From Patescibacteria group bacterium (GTDB lineage Bacteria > Patescibacteriota > Microgenomatia > UBA1400 > PJMF01), in NCBI GenBank assembly GCA_019454415.1, contig JACFOI010000003.1, positions 14,361-78,360 on the forward strand: a stretch of DNA of 64,000 bases, read 5' to 3'. A program made the position numbers and the translations under genes. Positions 1-8,077 of the stretch are shown piece after piece; position 1 is the stretch's first letter, and every line of letters begins with the position of its first letter. The notes beneath the pieces were generated by a model. It saw only the letters and a list, made by a program, of their open reading frames with translations, was not told the DNA's origin and searched no databases.

Positions 1-893
1 GCGCGGGTGTGACAAAGGATCAGCTGGCCGCAGTCGCAGTCACGCAGGGACCTGGACTAGCTCCCGCGCTGGAAGTGGGCGTTGATTTTGCCAAGAAACT
101 GGCCAGTGAACTAGAACTCCCACTGATTCCGGTCAATCATATGGAAGGACATGTTCTGTCTGTGTTAGCACAACCCAGTCCCAAGACAACAGGACGCTCC
201 AACGAGAAGATGACGCCACCGATAAAACTACCCTGCCTGGCAGTAGTCATTTCCGGCGGACACACTGAGTTTGTACTTGTTCGGCAAATCGGCCAGTACG
301 AACGAATCGGCTGGACAGTGGATGATGCAGCCGGAGAAGTGTTGGATAAGTTCGGTCGAATGGTAGACTTGGGCTATCCTGCGGGTCCGGTCGTGGAACA
401 GTTTGCTAAGCTTGGCAATCCTCATGCCTTTCGCTTCCCGTTACCAATGACCACCACTGGCAACTATCTCATGAGCTTTTCGGGATTGAAAACAGCAGCC
501 CGAAAAAAAGTCGAAGAACTCACGGCCGCTCGCCCTCTCACTCAGCAGCAAGTTTGTGATTTATGCGCGAGTTTTCAATTTGCTGTCTTTCATGCTATTA
601 CATATAAATTGAACAAATTTTTGCTCAATCAAAAAACTACTTTAGACCAATCTGTTCTCTTCGGGATTTGGTTGGGCGGTGGAGTTGCAGCCAACGCTGT
701 GCTACGCCGAATGTTACGCAAAGCCATCGAACCCTATGGACTCTCTCTACAAGTCCCATACAGTAAAAAACTATGCAGTGACAACGCGGCCATGATTGGA
801 GTTGCAGCCAGCTTCAAACTGGAGCGAGGCGAACATACTTCGGCATTGGAGAGTGGGGAGCGCCGACCCCGTTGGCAAATCGGCGAGGCGTAA
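1..893 (+). CDS. tsaD: tRNA N6-adenosine threonylcarbamoyltransferase TsaD (Kae1/Gcp family), 5'-truncated by window edge
   Basis: Translation contains HMEGHxL, VISGGHTEFVLV, DDAAGEVLDKFGR and GGGVAANAVLR motifs typical of TsaD/Kae1. The N-terminal roughly 80 aa lie upstream of the window. Stop TAA at 891-893. Confidence 0.85.
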   Translation, partial: AGVTKDQLAAVAVTQGPGLAPALEVGVDFAKKLASELELPLIPVNHMEGHVLSVLAQPSPKTTGRSNEKMTPPIKLPCLAVVISGGHTEFVLVRQIGQYERIGWTVDDAAGEVLDKFGRMVDLGYPAGPVVEQFAKLGNPHAFRFPLPMTTTGNYLMSFSGLKTAARKKVEELTAARPLTQQQVCDLCASFQFAVFHAITYKLNKFLLNQKTTLDQSVLFGIWLGGGVAANAVLRRMLRKAIEPYGLSLQVPYSKKLCSDNAAMIGVAASFKLERGEHTSALESGERRPRWQIGEA

Positions 894-897
894 AAAC

Positions 898-2523
898 TTA
901 CGCAGCTGGGAGAACTAACCAGCTAATACTGATGTCATCTTCTTTGGAACGTTTATTCTCCCCCGACGGTAGGTGAGCCACTGCATGAGCATTATCAGCA
1001 AGATTATTCAAACGAATCGGTAACTTCTGTGGATCGATCAGCAACGGGCCGCTCTCTCCTTTTAACAGTGGATTATTGATGTTCCGGAGACCCAAAAGAA
1101 TGTTTCGGAGTCTCTCAAACGCGGCGGGTTCTTCTGCGTCGGTGCCTTCTGGAAACTCAGGAAAGCTATCGATAGGTTCCCCAAGCAGTGTCTGCTCCAT
1201 CTCACGTGTGGTTAAGTTATCGTGGATGCCGTCTGTAGTGCAAAAGAGCGCGATGTCATCATCTGCCAATCTATACTCGCCCACTGTAGGTTCTTTGCTT
1301 GAGTGAATAGTCCCTTCAGAAAGCTCTTGATCCACGAGGTTACGGAAGTTAAAAAGAAACTGTTCATCTTCAGGCAGCTGTTTCTGCGGATCTCTGACAT
1401 TATCGAACTTATCCTGAAGTGCTTTAGGTGAATCAATCCAGTCTTGTTGAAGTACTCCATGGTCTGTGGTCAAACAGACAACCCGTCCGGTGTTTTTGAC
1501 CACATAGACTCGAGAATCACCGGAATAGGAATAGACTGCCGTGCGTCTCCGACCTTCTTTGACCACAGTGGCACAGGCGAATGTAGTTGCCAGAACTGCC
1601 TGCTGTTCCCTTTCCGGCCGTGCCACGTTCTGTCTTCGCCAGTTCCACAGTCGATCGTCATGTAAATGATGCAAACCTTGTCTGTGCTGGCGCATCCGCG
1701 AAATAGCCAGCGTTGTAGCCAAGGCATACGCGTCTTTCACTTCTTCCGGAGTCGCATCAGGAGGAAGAAGCTCCAAAACTGCCTTAAATGCTTCACTACT
1801 CAACCTACTGGCTGTAGCCCCATCAAAGGCTGCGCTCACTCCGTCAAACGCTCCGATTGATCCACTCTCTAAGGCCATGACCGCATCTTGATTGGGACCA
1901 CCGTTTTCTCGTTCCTCGGCGATCGTTTTCCCACCGACCTCGTAAGGAGTCAGAGACGCTGTCTCTACAGACTGGGGATAATCGGGAGTTTTTTCCCAAA
2001 TAAGAGCCAGGGGATCGTTAGCATCCGGTCCTGTTTCAGCGCCTGCGAACTGGAGCTCACTCAGACCTAACCGGGACCGCTGGACATTGACGATGATTTT
2101 AAGTCGATCCAACAGCGGCATCCACCGCTCTTCCGGAACGATGGCAAACAGCCTGACTGCGGCAAGCAGTACTTCATGCGGAGAGAGATTTTTGGCCGGA
2201 TCATCAATCCACTGTTCTCCACACAGCTGTGATACCCGCTGCCTCAAGTTTTCCAATGCCTTGGCTTTATATTCAGAAGTAATGTTTTGATCCTGGAAAA
2301 GATAGTCACAGCTGAGCTCAGCATACGTTAGGAACTCAGCCAATGTCTGGGCTGTCGGAAGGGCTTCAAACGCCTGTTTACCTATCAGCTGGCTGACGTC
2401 CTGCAGATGATCAGCAGCGACTTTTTCCCGCATCTTGGTGGCCAGAGCAGTCAGCTTCTCGTGCGGACTGGGTTCTCGATTTTTCCTTTCGCCAGTCGCA
2501 TGAAGATCATTTTGTTGTTCCAT
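898..2523 (-). CDS. PP2C-family Ser/Thr protein phosphatase (SpoIIE/PPM-like) with roughly 200-aa N-terminal domain of unknown function
   Basis: C-terminal half has PPM motifs: GVSAAFDGATAS, YSGDSRVYVV, TTDHG, LFCTTDGIHDNL. ATG at 2521-2523. No partner kinase gene in window. Confidence 0.65.
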   Translation of the reverse strand: MEQQNDLHATGERKNREPSPHEKLTALATKMREKVAADHLQDVSQLIGKQAFEALPTAQTLAEFLTYAELSCDYLFQDQNITSEYKAKALENLRQRVSQLCGEQWIDDPAKNLSPHEVLLAAVRLFAIVPEERWMPLLDRLKIIVNVQRSRLGLSELQFAGAETGPDANDPLALIWEKTPDYPQSVETASLTPYEVGGKTIAEERENGGPNQDAVMALESGSIGAFDGVSAAFDGATASRLSSEAFKAVLELLPPDATPEEVKDAYALATTLAISRMRQHRQGLHHLHDDRLWNWRRQNVARPEREQQAVLATTFACATVVKEGRRRTAVYSYSGDSRVYVVKNTGRVVCLTTDHGVLQQDWIDSPKALQDKFDNVRDPQKQLPEDEQFLFNFRNLVDQELSEGTIHSSKEPTVGEYRLADDDIALFCTTDGIHDNLTTREMEQTLLGEPIDSFPEFPEGTDAEEPAAFERLRNILLGLRNINNPLLKGESGPLLIDPQKLPIRLNNLADNAHAVAHLPSGENKRSKEDDISISWLVLPAA

Positions 2524-2541
2524 AGCTCTTCCACTATAGCA

Positions 2542-2575
2542 AAAAGAGCAGCCACTCGGTGAGCGCTGCTCTTTT
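2542..2575 (-). terminator. Rho-independent terminator hairpin downstream of nrdJ
   Basis: Perfect 11-bp stem AAAAGAGCAGC (2542-2552) / GCTGCTCTTTT (2565-2575) with 12-nt loop, flanked by A-run on + (T-run on the - strand transcript). Lies between nrdJ stop (2601) and the next gene start (2523). Confidence 0.55.
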
Positions 2576-2600
2576 CTCTTTGTCGTCTTAATCCGTTGCC

Positions 2601-4811
2601 TTAAATCGGACAGGCACCGTTCTCACACTTCAGGTGTTCGTAGTCGATGTCCTCCAACAAGGACTCGTCTTTTTCGATCTCGTTGAGTGCTTTCATAAAC
2701 TCTGAGATCGTCACCGGCTGTTCGGGCTGGTACTCATAAGCAGTAGTATCCTGCTGTGGCATGACTGAGCAGCATTTGATCAATCCCTGATACTTGCGGA
2801 CCATGTCGCTGTACTCCTGGAAGGTGACACGCTTGGGGTCGTACTTCAGGGTGTAGGAAACCTGGTTACCGGTATCTGGTAAAGCGTTGCCTTTCTCATC
2901 TACACCGACGATCCAGTACTTCTCGAGAAGCATTAACCACTTGTACTGCTCTTCAGGAGTGGCTTCGGCTGCAGTGACCAGTTCACCATTCATCCCGATT
3001 CGACAGATAAGTGGCTGGGTCGGGAAGCCAACAGCAGTCGATCCCTGGTAGCTGCGGAGCTCTTTGACGGGATAGCCTTTCTTCTGGTACTTCTTGACCA
3101 TTGGGTCATCACTGCGGTACTGCACCCAGCGGATGTACTCACGCATACTGGGTAAATGAGCACCCTCTGTCAGCGCAAATAGCTTGGAAATCGTCCCTGA
3201 CGGCTTGATAGTAGTGTTTGTGTGAGGCACGTTCAGACCCAGCTTTTTGGAGTACTTCTCCGCCTCATCCACTACGGCGCGCTTGAAGCGGGCCAGAGTC
3301 AACCAGAACTCTTTGGCTTTTTCCTCGTCAATCAAGTCACGGAAAGCTAGTCCAAACTGGTTCCAGGCAAACTCATGGATCCCGGTCATACCTACACCAA
3401 TCCGGTTGGTCCGTTTGACTTCCCGATTGTAGAGACAGTCCATCGTGTTGACGCGGATCAAGGCTCGGGTGGCAGCGCGGAAAGCCTCCTCTGCGTCATC
3501 GATGGTGGGTGCAAAGTAAGGCACCACGTCGGCGATCACACAGTAACCACCCAGCATGTTTAGTGAGATCTCTCCACATGGATTAGGAATCTGGGAGTAG
3601 ACCTTGGCCCCGGCATTGCGGGCAACGTGAGCCAACATTCTCTCTGTCCGCTGGAATGGCTTGTACTTTGAGCTTTCTGCATACTTACCGTCTTGGTAGC
3701 CCTCGTAGCCGTCATCGTTTTGCACCAAGCGGTGCTGGTTAATGAAGCCCGGCTCGCCTGTTCCGTCTTCATATGAAGCTTTCAGGATTGCATCGAGTAC
3801 TTTGCGGGCATGGTTCGTCCGCTGCTTCCAGAACTTGTCGTCAACAGCCACAGAGTTGTTGGCGCTCCACAGGAAACCACCACGTTTAATGTTGATAAAG
3901 TCGAGGACTTCGGGGTCAGTCCAGACTTTGGTAGCAATCCGAGCACTGCGGCGTGCACCACCGACTAAAACACATTCAGCCAAGTAGTGATCGACAAACA
4001 TGGCTTGTTTCCACGGGGAGAGGCCAGCACCCTTCAAGGTGGCTGCTTTTTCAATCGCGTTCATCAGTGGCTTCGGACCGGATGACGGACGGTTCTGCAT
4101 CCCGCGGATAGGCTGACCTTTGGCGCGGACTTTGGAGAAGTCGAGAATCAGGATGTCATCCTTGTACTTTTTCTCGTAGGCCATGATTTCCATCATCTCG
4201 ACGGCCTGTGCCCAGCCCTCACGGCTGTCTGGGACTTCAAACCAGTGGATATTCTCACCATCGCCGTACTTATGTTTTGCGTCTCGGACACTCTCATCAA
4301 ATCCCCATACAAAATCTGGGTGGTCATCGGCAATCACACAGCGAACGTTGGGCATGTTATCCCAGTTCACCACACACATGTCGTCGTCGTAGGGACGTCC
4401 CACACCAGAGCCATTCATTAACAGGTAGAACAAGATGTAGGAGGAAGATGCCGTACTACAGTTAGTGAAGACCTCCATGTTGCGGGTCGGTTGAGTCTCG
4501 TCTCCATGCTGGAGATGGCGACCGGACATCAGGATTGAGCCGTTAGAGATGTGTCTCCTCATCAACTCGTACTCGGCATTCCTGTGCTTCTTGTCAGTCT
4601 TTCCTTTCAGTGCCGGAGTGTTCAGCAGTAAGGTGTTTCCGTTGGCAACACGGTCAGCGACCTCACTCCAAGTCTCCCAGCGCTCCTCGCCGTTTTTCTC
4701 AATAATCTTGCGAAGGTAGGTTCGCTTGGCAACTGCCATGCCCATGCCGCTATCGAGCTTTCGTTCGATGAACTTCATTTTTCGTTTTGGCAACGCACCG
4801 GCTGCTGTCAT
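2601..4811 (-). CDS. nrdJ: ribonucleotide reductase catalytic subunit, most likely class II (adenosylcobalamin-dependent, NrdJ)
   Basis: Active-site NPCGEISL motif, C-terminal CxxxxC tail (CENGACPI), N-terminal TYxRK...ETWSEVADRVA region. No beta-subunit (nrdB/F) gene adjacent and no N-terminal ATP-cone, so class II inferred. Start ATG overlaps nrdR stop (ATGA). Confidence 0.8.
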   Translation of the reverse strand: MTAAGALPKRKMKFIERKLDSGMGMAVAKRTYLRKIIEKNGEERWETWSEVADRVANGNTLLLNTPALKGKTDKKHRNAEYELMRRHISNGSILMSGRHLQHGDETQPTRNMEVFTNCSTASSSYILFYLLMNGSGVGRPYDDDMCVVNWDNMPNVRCVIADDHPDFVWGFDESVRDAKHKYGDGENIHWFEVPDSREGWAQAVEMMEIMAYEKKYKDDILILDFSKVRAKGQPIRGMQNRPSSGPKPLMNAIEKAATLKGAGLSPWKQAMFVDHYLAECVLVGGARRSARIATKVWTDPEVLDFINIKRGGFLWSANNSVAVDDKFWKQRTNHARKVLDAILKASYEDGTGEPGFINQHRLVQNDDGYEGYQDGKYAESSKYKPFQRTERMLAHVARNAGAKVYSQIPNPCGEISLNMLGGYCVIADVVPYFAPTIDDAEEAFRAATRALIRVNTMDCLYNREVKRTNRIGVGMTGIHEFAWNQFGLAFRDLIDEEKAKEFWLTLARFKRAVVDEAEKYSKKLGLNVPHTNTTIKPSGTISKLFALTEGAHLPSMREYIRWVQYRSDDPMVKKYQKKGYPVKELRSYQGSTAVGFPTQPLICRIGMNGELVTAAEATPEEQYKWLMLLEKYWIVGVDEKGNALPDTGNQVSYTLKYDPKRVTFQEYSDMVRKYQGLIKCCSVMPQQDTTAYEYQPEQPVTISEFMKALNEIEKDESLLEDIDYEHLKCENGACPI

Positions 4812-5263
4812 ACAGTCCTCCTCAACTTATCGATTTCCTGCTCAAAATCCTCCAGGCTATCAAAGTCCCGATAAACACTCGCAAAGAGCAGGTACGAGAG
4901 CTTATCGATTTTTTTCAGTTTGTTGATCACGAGGTTACCGATTTCCCAGCTTTTGACCTCGGTCGATGCCTTAATGCGCAGTTTACGCTCGACATCGTTG
5001 ATCATTTCCTCAATCTGGTCCATCGAGACAGGTCGCTTCCAGGTTGCCTTCGCAATACCTCGGCGCAGCTTGTCACGGTTGAACTGTTCCCGCTCACCAT
5101 CTTTCTTGACCACGATTAGGTCGACACCCTCTACCCGCTCGTAGGTAGTAAACCGCTTCAGACAGCGGTCGCAACGACGCCGACGCCGAATGCAGGATTG
5201 GTCTCCTGCATCACGTGTATCGGTTACCGTGGTCTGGCAGGCAAAGCAATACGGACACTTCAT
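4808..5263 (-). CDS. nrdR: transcriptional repressor NrdR (zinc ribbon + ATP-cone)
   Basis: MKCPYCF...CxxC zinc ribbon followed by an ATP-cone-like region. Immediately upstream of, and overlapping, the RNR gene, which is the classic arrangement. Confidence 0.9.
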   Translation of the reverse strand: MKCPYCFACQTTVTDTRDAGDQSCIRRRRRCDRCLKRFTTYERVEGVDLIVVKKDGEREQFNRDKLRRGIAKATWKRPVSMDQIEEMINDVERKLRIKASTEVKSWEIGNLVINKLKKIDKLSYLLFASVYRDFDSLEDFEQEIDKLRRTV

Positions 5264-5299
5264 ATCATTCTCAGTACAGATTCAGGTACTTACTCTGCC

Positions 5300-5350
5300 G
5301 ACACTGCATTTAGTATTTTTAGTAAGGAATAAATACTAAATATAGTTGTC
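5300..5350 (-). promoter_or_regulatory. candidate NrdR operator: long imperfect inverted repeat in nrdR-nrdJ promoter region
   Basis: TTTAGTATTT (5309-5318) and its exact reverse complement AAATACTAAA (5331-5340) separated by 12 nt. Arms extend imperfectly to GACACTGCATTTAGTATTT / AAATACTAAATATAGTTGTC. AT-rich palindrome 40-100 nt upstream of nrdR ATG (5263), resembling NrdR-box architecture. Confidence 0.4.
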
Positions 5351-5427
5351 ATTGGGCAAATAGAATCTCACGGAGACGGGTGAAGGTCAATGAAAAGAAA
5401 GTGATCAAAACCGATCAGTTTTATCGA

Positions 5428-5967
5428 TTAATTTTCTGCCAGCTGAGAACGCAACTTGGCAATCACCGCATCGTGTTCGACCAGGATTTGGTCGAGGGGT
5501 ACGCGTTGGGGGTCACTGAACTTCGGGGAGAGCTCCCGAATCTCTTTACTGTGGTAGGCCACAGCTCGAGCGACCCGTTCTCTGACGGAACTGGACGCTT
5601 TTCGATCGATAGAGTCTTGGGCAGCTTGGTGGAGGTAACTTTGGGCTTTGAGGAGGGTGGTCAGGGCGAGGTCGGATTCATTTTTGGCGAGCAGTTCTTT
5701 GGCGTAATCAAGGCGCCGATTGGCGTACTCTACCTTGATAAAAATTTGCTCCTGTGGACTTGCTGTCTCGAGTTGCAAGCGGTCCATCGCCATAATTACT
5801 TTATAGAGGGAGTGGTCAGGCAGGATCTTATGAGAAAAGTACAGTTTGCTTTCAGAAGCAGCCTGCCCTCCGTTTGAAGAAACCTGGGTTGCACTAAAAA
5901 GAGAGATAAACAGTACACTGCTCCCGAAGACCAATCCGAGCAGCGACAAGAGAAGGCGAGCTCTCAT
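5428..5967 (-). CDS. hypothetical secreted/anchored protein (N-terminal signal peptide MRARLLLSLLGLVFGSS)
   Basis: ORF with hydrophobic N-terminus when started at ATG 5965-5967. Coiled-coil-like remainder. No family recognised. Confidence 0.45.
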   Translation of the reverse strand: MRARLLLSLLGLVFGSSVLFISLFSATQVSSNGGQAASESKLYFSHKILPDHSLYKVIMAMDRLQLETASPQEQIFIKVEYANRRLDYAKELLAKNESDLALTTLLKAQSYLHQAAQDSIDRKASSSVRERVARAVAYHSKEIRELSPKFSDPQRVPLDQILVEHDAVIAKLRSQLAEN

Positions 5968-6046
5968 ACGCGTAGTATATTGTACCAATTCCTCGAGAAG
6001 AGTCAAATTAAAGATATCTTGAACCTTCCGCACAAACTGCCATTAC

Positions 6047-6850
6047 CTATCGAGTGTGGACCAACAGGACCATTCCCCAGATGGCGTGGGAGAGGGCCAG
6101 GGCGTAGATGTTGCGAACCCGGGCGAACAGCAGAGCCTGGCCTAGACCAAAGAAGAACAACAGCAAAAGTTGCCCTCCCACCAGGCTTAGGTCAAACCTG
6201 AGCAGGGTATTAGGAATATGGAATGCCAAGAAGATAAAGGCAGCCAGCAACGCCTGGTTGAGTAGCGTCCACTTGCGGTACTTCTCCATAATGACGGTCA
6301 TAATCCAGCAGTAGAAGAAGAGGGACTCCCAAAAACCAGTCATCATGGCGAGAAGGAACTCCCACCAGAAACCCTCTGCTGCAAATAAGGGTGCGGCTTG
6401 GACAACAGTGCCCCGCCGCGCGAGCGAAGCGAGCGCTCCGGCGAAGCCAAATAGACCACCAATGGCTAAGCCCATCCACAGACCGGACTGAAAGTAACGC
6501 GGGCTGACGGTCTCAGCAATAGGCCGGGAACGAGTGATCGAAACATATAGCCAGACCGGCAGACCGAAAAAAACTGCCTTACCGACACTCTCATCAAACC
6601 AGACCGGAAAGCGAAACAAATACCGATAAACACACCACATCACAAACACCAGCAAAAGTAGCGGGATAAATGCGATGTGTTGCGAAACAATCGGAGAACT
6701 AGTCGTAACTCTAACTGACGCAGCTGGCTGTCGATACTGACGCCGTAGCTGCGAAATGCCACTACTTTTTTTTGTCGCGCCCGAACCTTTCGTAGCTGTG
6801 CTACGTTTTCCCAGTTTACTAGGATTAACTTTGGGCTTGGATGGCATCAA
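6047..6850 (-). CDS. polytopic membrane protein, possible CPBP-family (CAAX/Abi-like) intramembrane protease, with Lys-rich N-terminal tail
   Basis: Multiple TM segments. Motif-like WESLFF (EExxxR-like), FLAFHIPN (FxxxH) and HAIWGMVLLVH (HxxxB). N-terminus MMPSKPKVNPSKLGKRSTATKGSGATKKSSG. Confidence 0.4.
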   Translation of the reverse strand: MMPSKPKVNPSKLGKRSTATKGSGATKKSSGISQLRRQYRQPAASVRVTTSSPIVSQHIAFIPLLLLVFVMWCVYRYLFRFPVWFDESVGKAVFFGLPVWLYVSITRSRPIAETVSPRYFQSGLWMGLAIGGLFGFAGALASLARRGTVVQAAPLFAAEGFWWEFLLAMMTGFWESLFFYCWIMTVIMEKYRKWTLLNQALLAAFIFLAFHIPNTLLRFDLSLVGGQLLLLFFFGLGQALLFARVRNIYALALSHAIWGMVLLVHTR

Positions 6851-7469
6851 GTACGGTTTGGAGTGATTGCTCCCTACTTAACTTGTAGGTATCTATGGTT
6901 AGATCGTAGAGTTTTGGGTTCCAAAAATCAATCGGCTTGTCTGCACTGATCACTCCCTTTTGAACGACCCACTCGTTCCACTCTTTGGCGTACATCTCTC
7001 GCCACTTTTTGGTGTTTTTCTCGTACCGAACGCGCATGTTATCAATAGCTTGTTGGGGAGAGACGTTATCTCTGTTCACAATTCGGTCAACACGGACGGC
7101 CTCGTCACTGCAGATCATCAGCACTTTTAGTGTCCCCTCAACTCCCTGAGCCATGAAACCGGACAGCCATGCTTCGAAAATCTGATGTTTGCCCTTTTGC
7201 AACCGCTCACGCATACCAAGGTCAACTTGGCGGTCGAAGTCAGGAGGATAAACTGTCGCGTCATGATGCAGACCTGTATTTTCTTTAAACAGACCCTGCA
7301 CGATGGCATAGTCACGCATGAACTCGCCCCCACTGAAACCTGTCCACTTTCCTCCATTATTCCCCAGTTCCTCTTTTAACATTCCCAACATTGTGGTCGA
7401 ACCGCATCCCGGAAGACCAGAGATGGTAATATTGTGATAGCGGTACTTTTGGCTCATAACCTTCTCCAA
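6825..7469 (-). CDS. cytidylate-kinase-like family P-loop NTPase (AAA_18/Cytidylate_kin2-like)
   Basis: Walker A ITISGLPGCGSTT near N-terminus. Size roughly 210 aa. Distinct from the canonical cmk at 15298-15984. Confidence 0.55.
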   Translation of the reverse strand: MEKVMSQKYRYHNITISGLPGCGSTTMLGMLKEELGNNGGKWTGFSGGEFMRDYAIVQGLFKENTGLHHDATVYPPDFDRQVDLGMRERLQKGKHQIFEAWLSGFMAQGVEGTLKVLMICSDEAVRVDRIVNRDNVSPQQAIDNMRVRYEKNTKKWREMYAKEWNEWVVQKGVISADKPIDFWNPKLYDLTIDTYKLSREQSLQTVLDAIQAQS

Positions 7470-7508
7470 CTAACTACGACTCATAGTGTGAGCGATTGTA
7501 CCTGCTAC

Positions 7509-8003
7509 TTAATTTTTTTTCAGCTGGCAATGGGTGGCTTGTTCCATAGTAGAGAGGACCATTGAAAGTCGACCAGCGGTCTCCTCCAATGTCAGCCGCC
7601 GTTCGTTGTGCGGGAAGTAATGAAATACTTGATTGCGACACTCCAGCCAAGTCTTCCAAACAGCGGCAGCGATATCTGCGCCGCATAGTCGTTTGACGTC
7701 GTCATACAGCCACCACTCATCACGCCGTATCGGGTGTACATCCGGATTCAGGGCTCTTCCGATCCGGAACCGTTTATCGGCATAGGTCGTGGCACTAATC
7801 AGACCTAAGTCAAAAAGGTACTGTTTCAAGAAACCCTCATACGCTTTGGCAGCCGGAAATAGGACAAAAGAGTAATCCGAGAATGCAGAGTGCATCCTTT
7901 CTTCTCTCTCGTATAATTCAAGTGAGATATGAAGAAGCTCTTTTTGCCATGGGGAAAGCTGATCGAACCATGGCTGCATCAGGACAGAGCGGAAACGTTG
8001 CAT
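7509..8003 (-). CDS. hypothetical protein (164 aa), co-directional partner of the Cmk-like kinase
   Basis: Clean ORF. No motif I can assign. Trp/Arg-rich. Confidence 0.4.
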   Translation of the reverse strand: MQRFRSVLMQPWFDQLSPWQKELLHISLELYEREERMHSAFSDYSFVLFPAAKAYEGFLKQYLFDLGLISATTYADKRFRIGRALNPDVHPIRRDEWWLYDDVKRLCGADIAAAVWKTWLECRNQVFHYFPHNERRLTLEETAGRLSMVLSTMEQATHCQLKKN

Positions 8004-8077
8004 AGGGGCAGGTCGGTGTTAGATAATACACTCCCAAATATAGAACGGTCGGCACTTGGAATACAAGGTTTGTTCCT

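Noticed and set aside
888-903. Short hairpin GCGTAA-AAAC-TTACGC spanning the convergent tsaD and PP2C stop codons as a bidirectional terminator
   Set aside because: Only a 6-bp stem, no U-tract on either side. May weakly pause transcription but is not a confident intrinsic terminator.
1076-2290. Series of 60-90 aa ORFs on both strands inside the PP2C gene (and similar nested ORFs inside RNR, PBPs, LepA, GTs)
   Set aside because: All lie within long, conserved, well-supported CDSs in alternative frames. Treated as spurious.
2601-4811. Class I (NrdA) interpretation of the RNR because of the E. coli-like C-terminal CxxxxC tail
   Set aside because: NPCGEI active-site signature, absence of an ATP-cone and of any adjacent nrdB/nrdF or nrdI gene favour class II. 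Class II enzymes also carry C-terminal redox cysteines.
5380-5877. 165-aa + strand ORF antisense to the secreted-protein gene
   Set aside because: Fully overlaps the better-supported minus-strand ORF (signal peptide, downstream coupling). No motifs. Typical shadow ORF.
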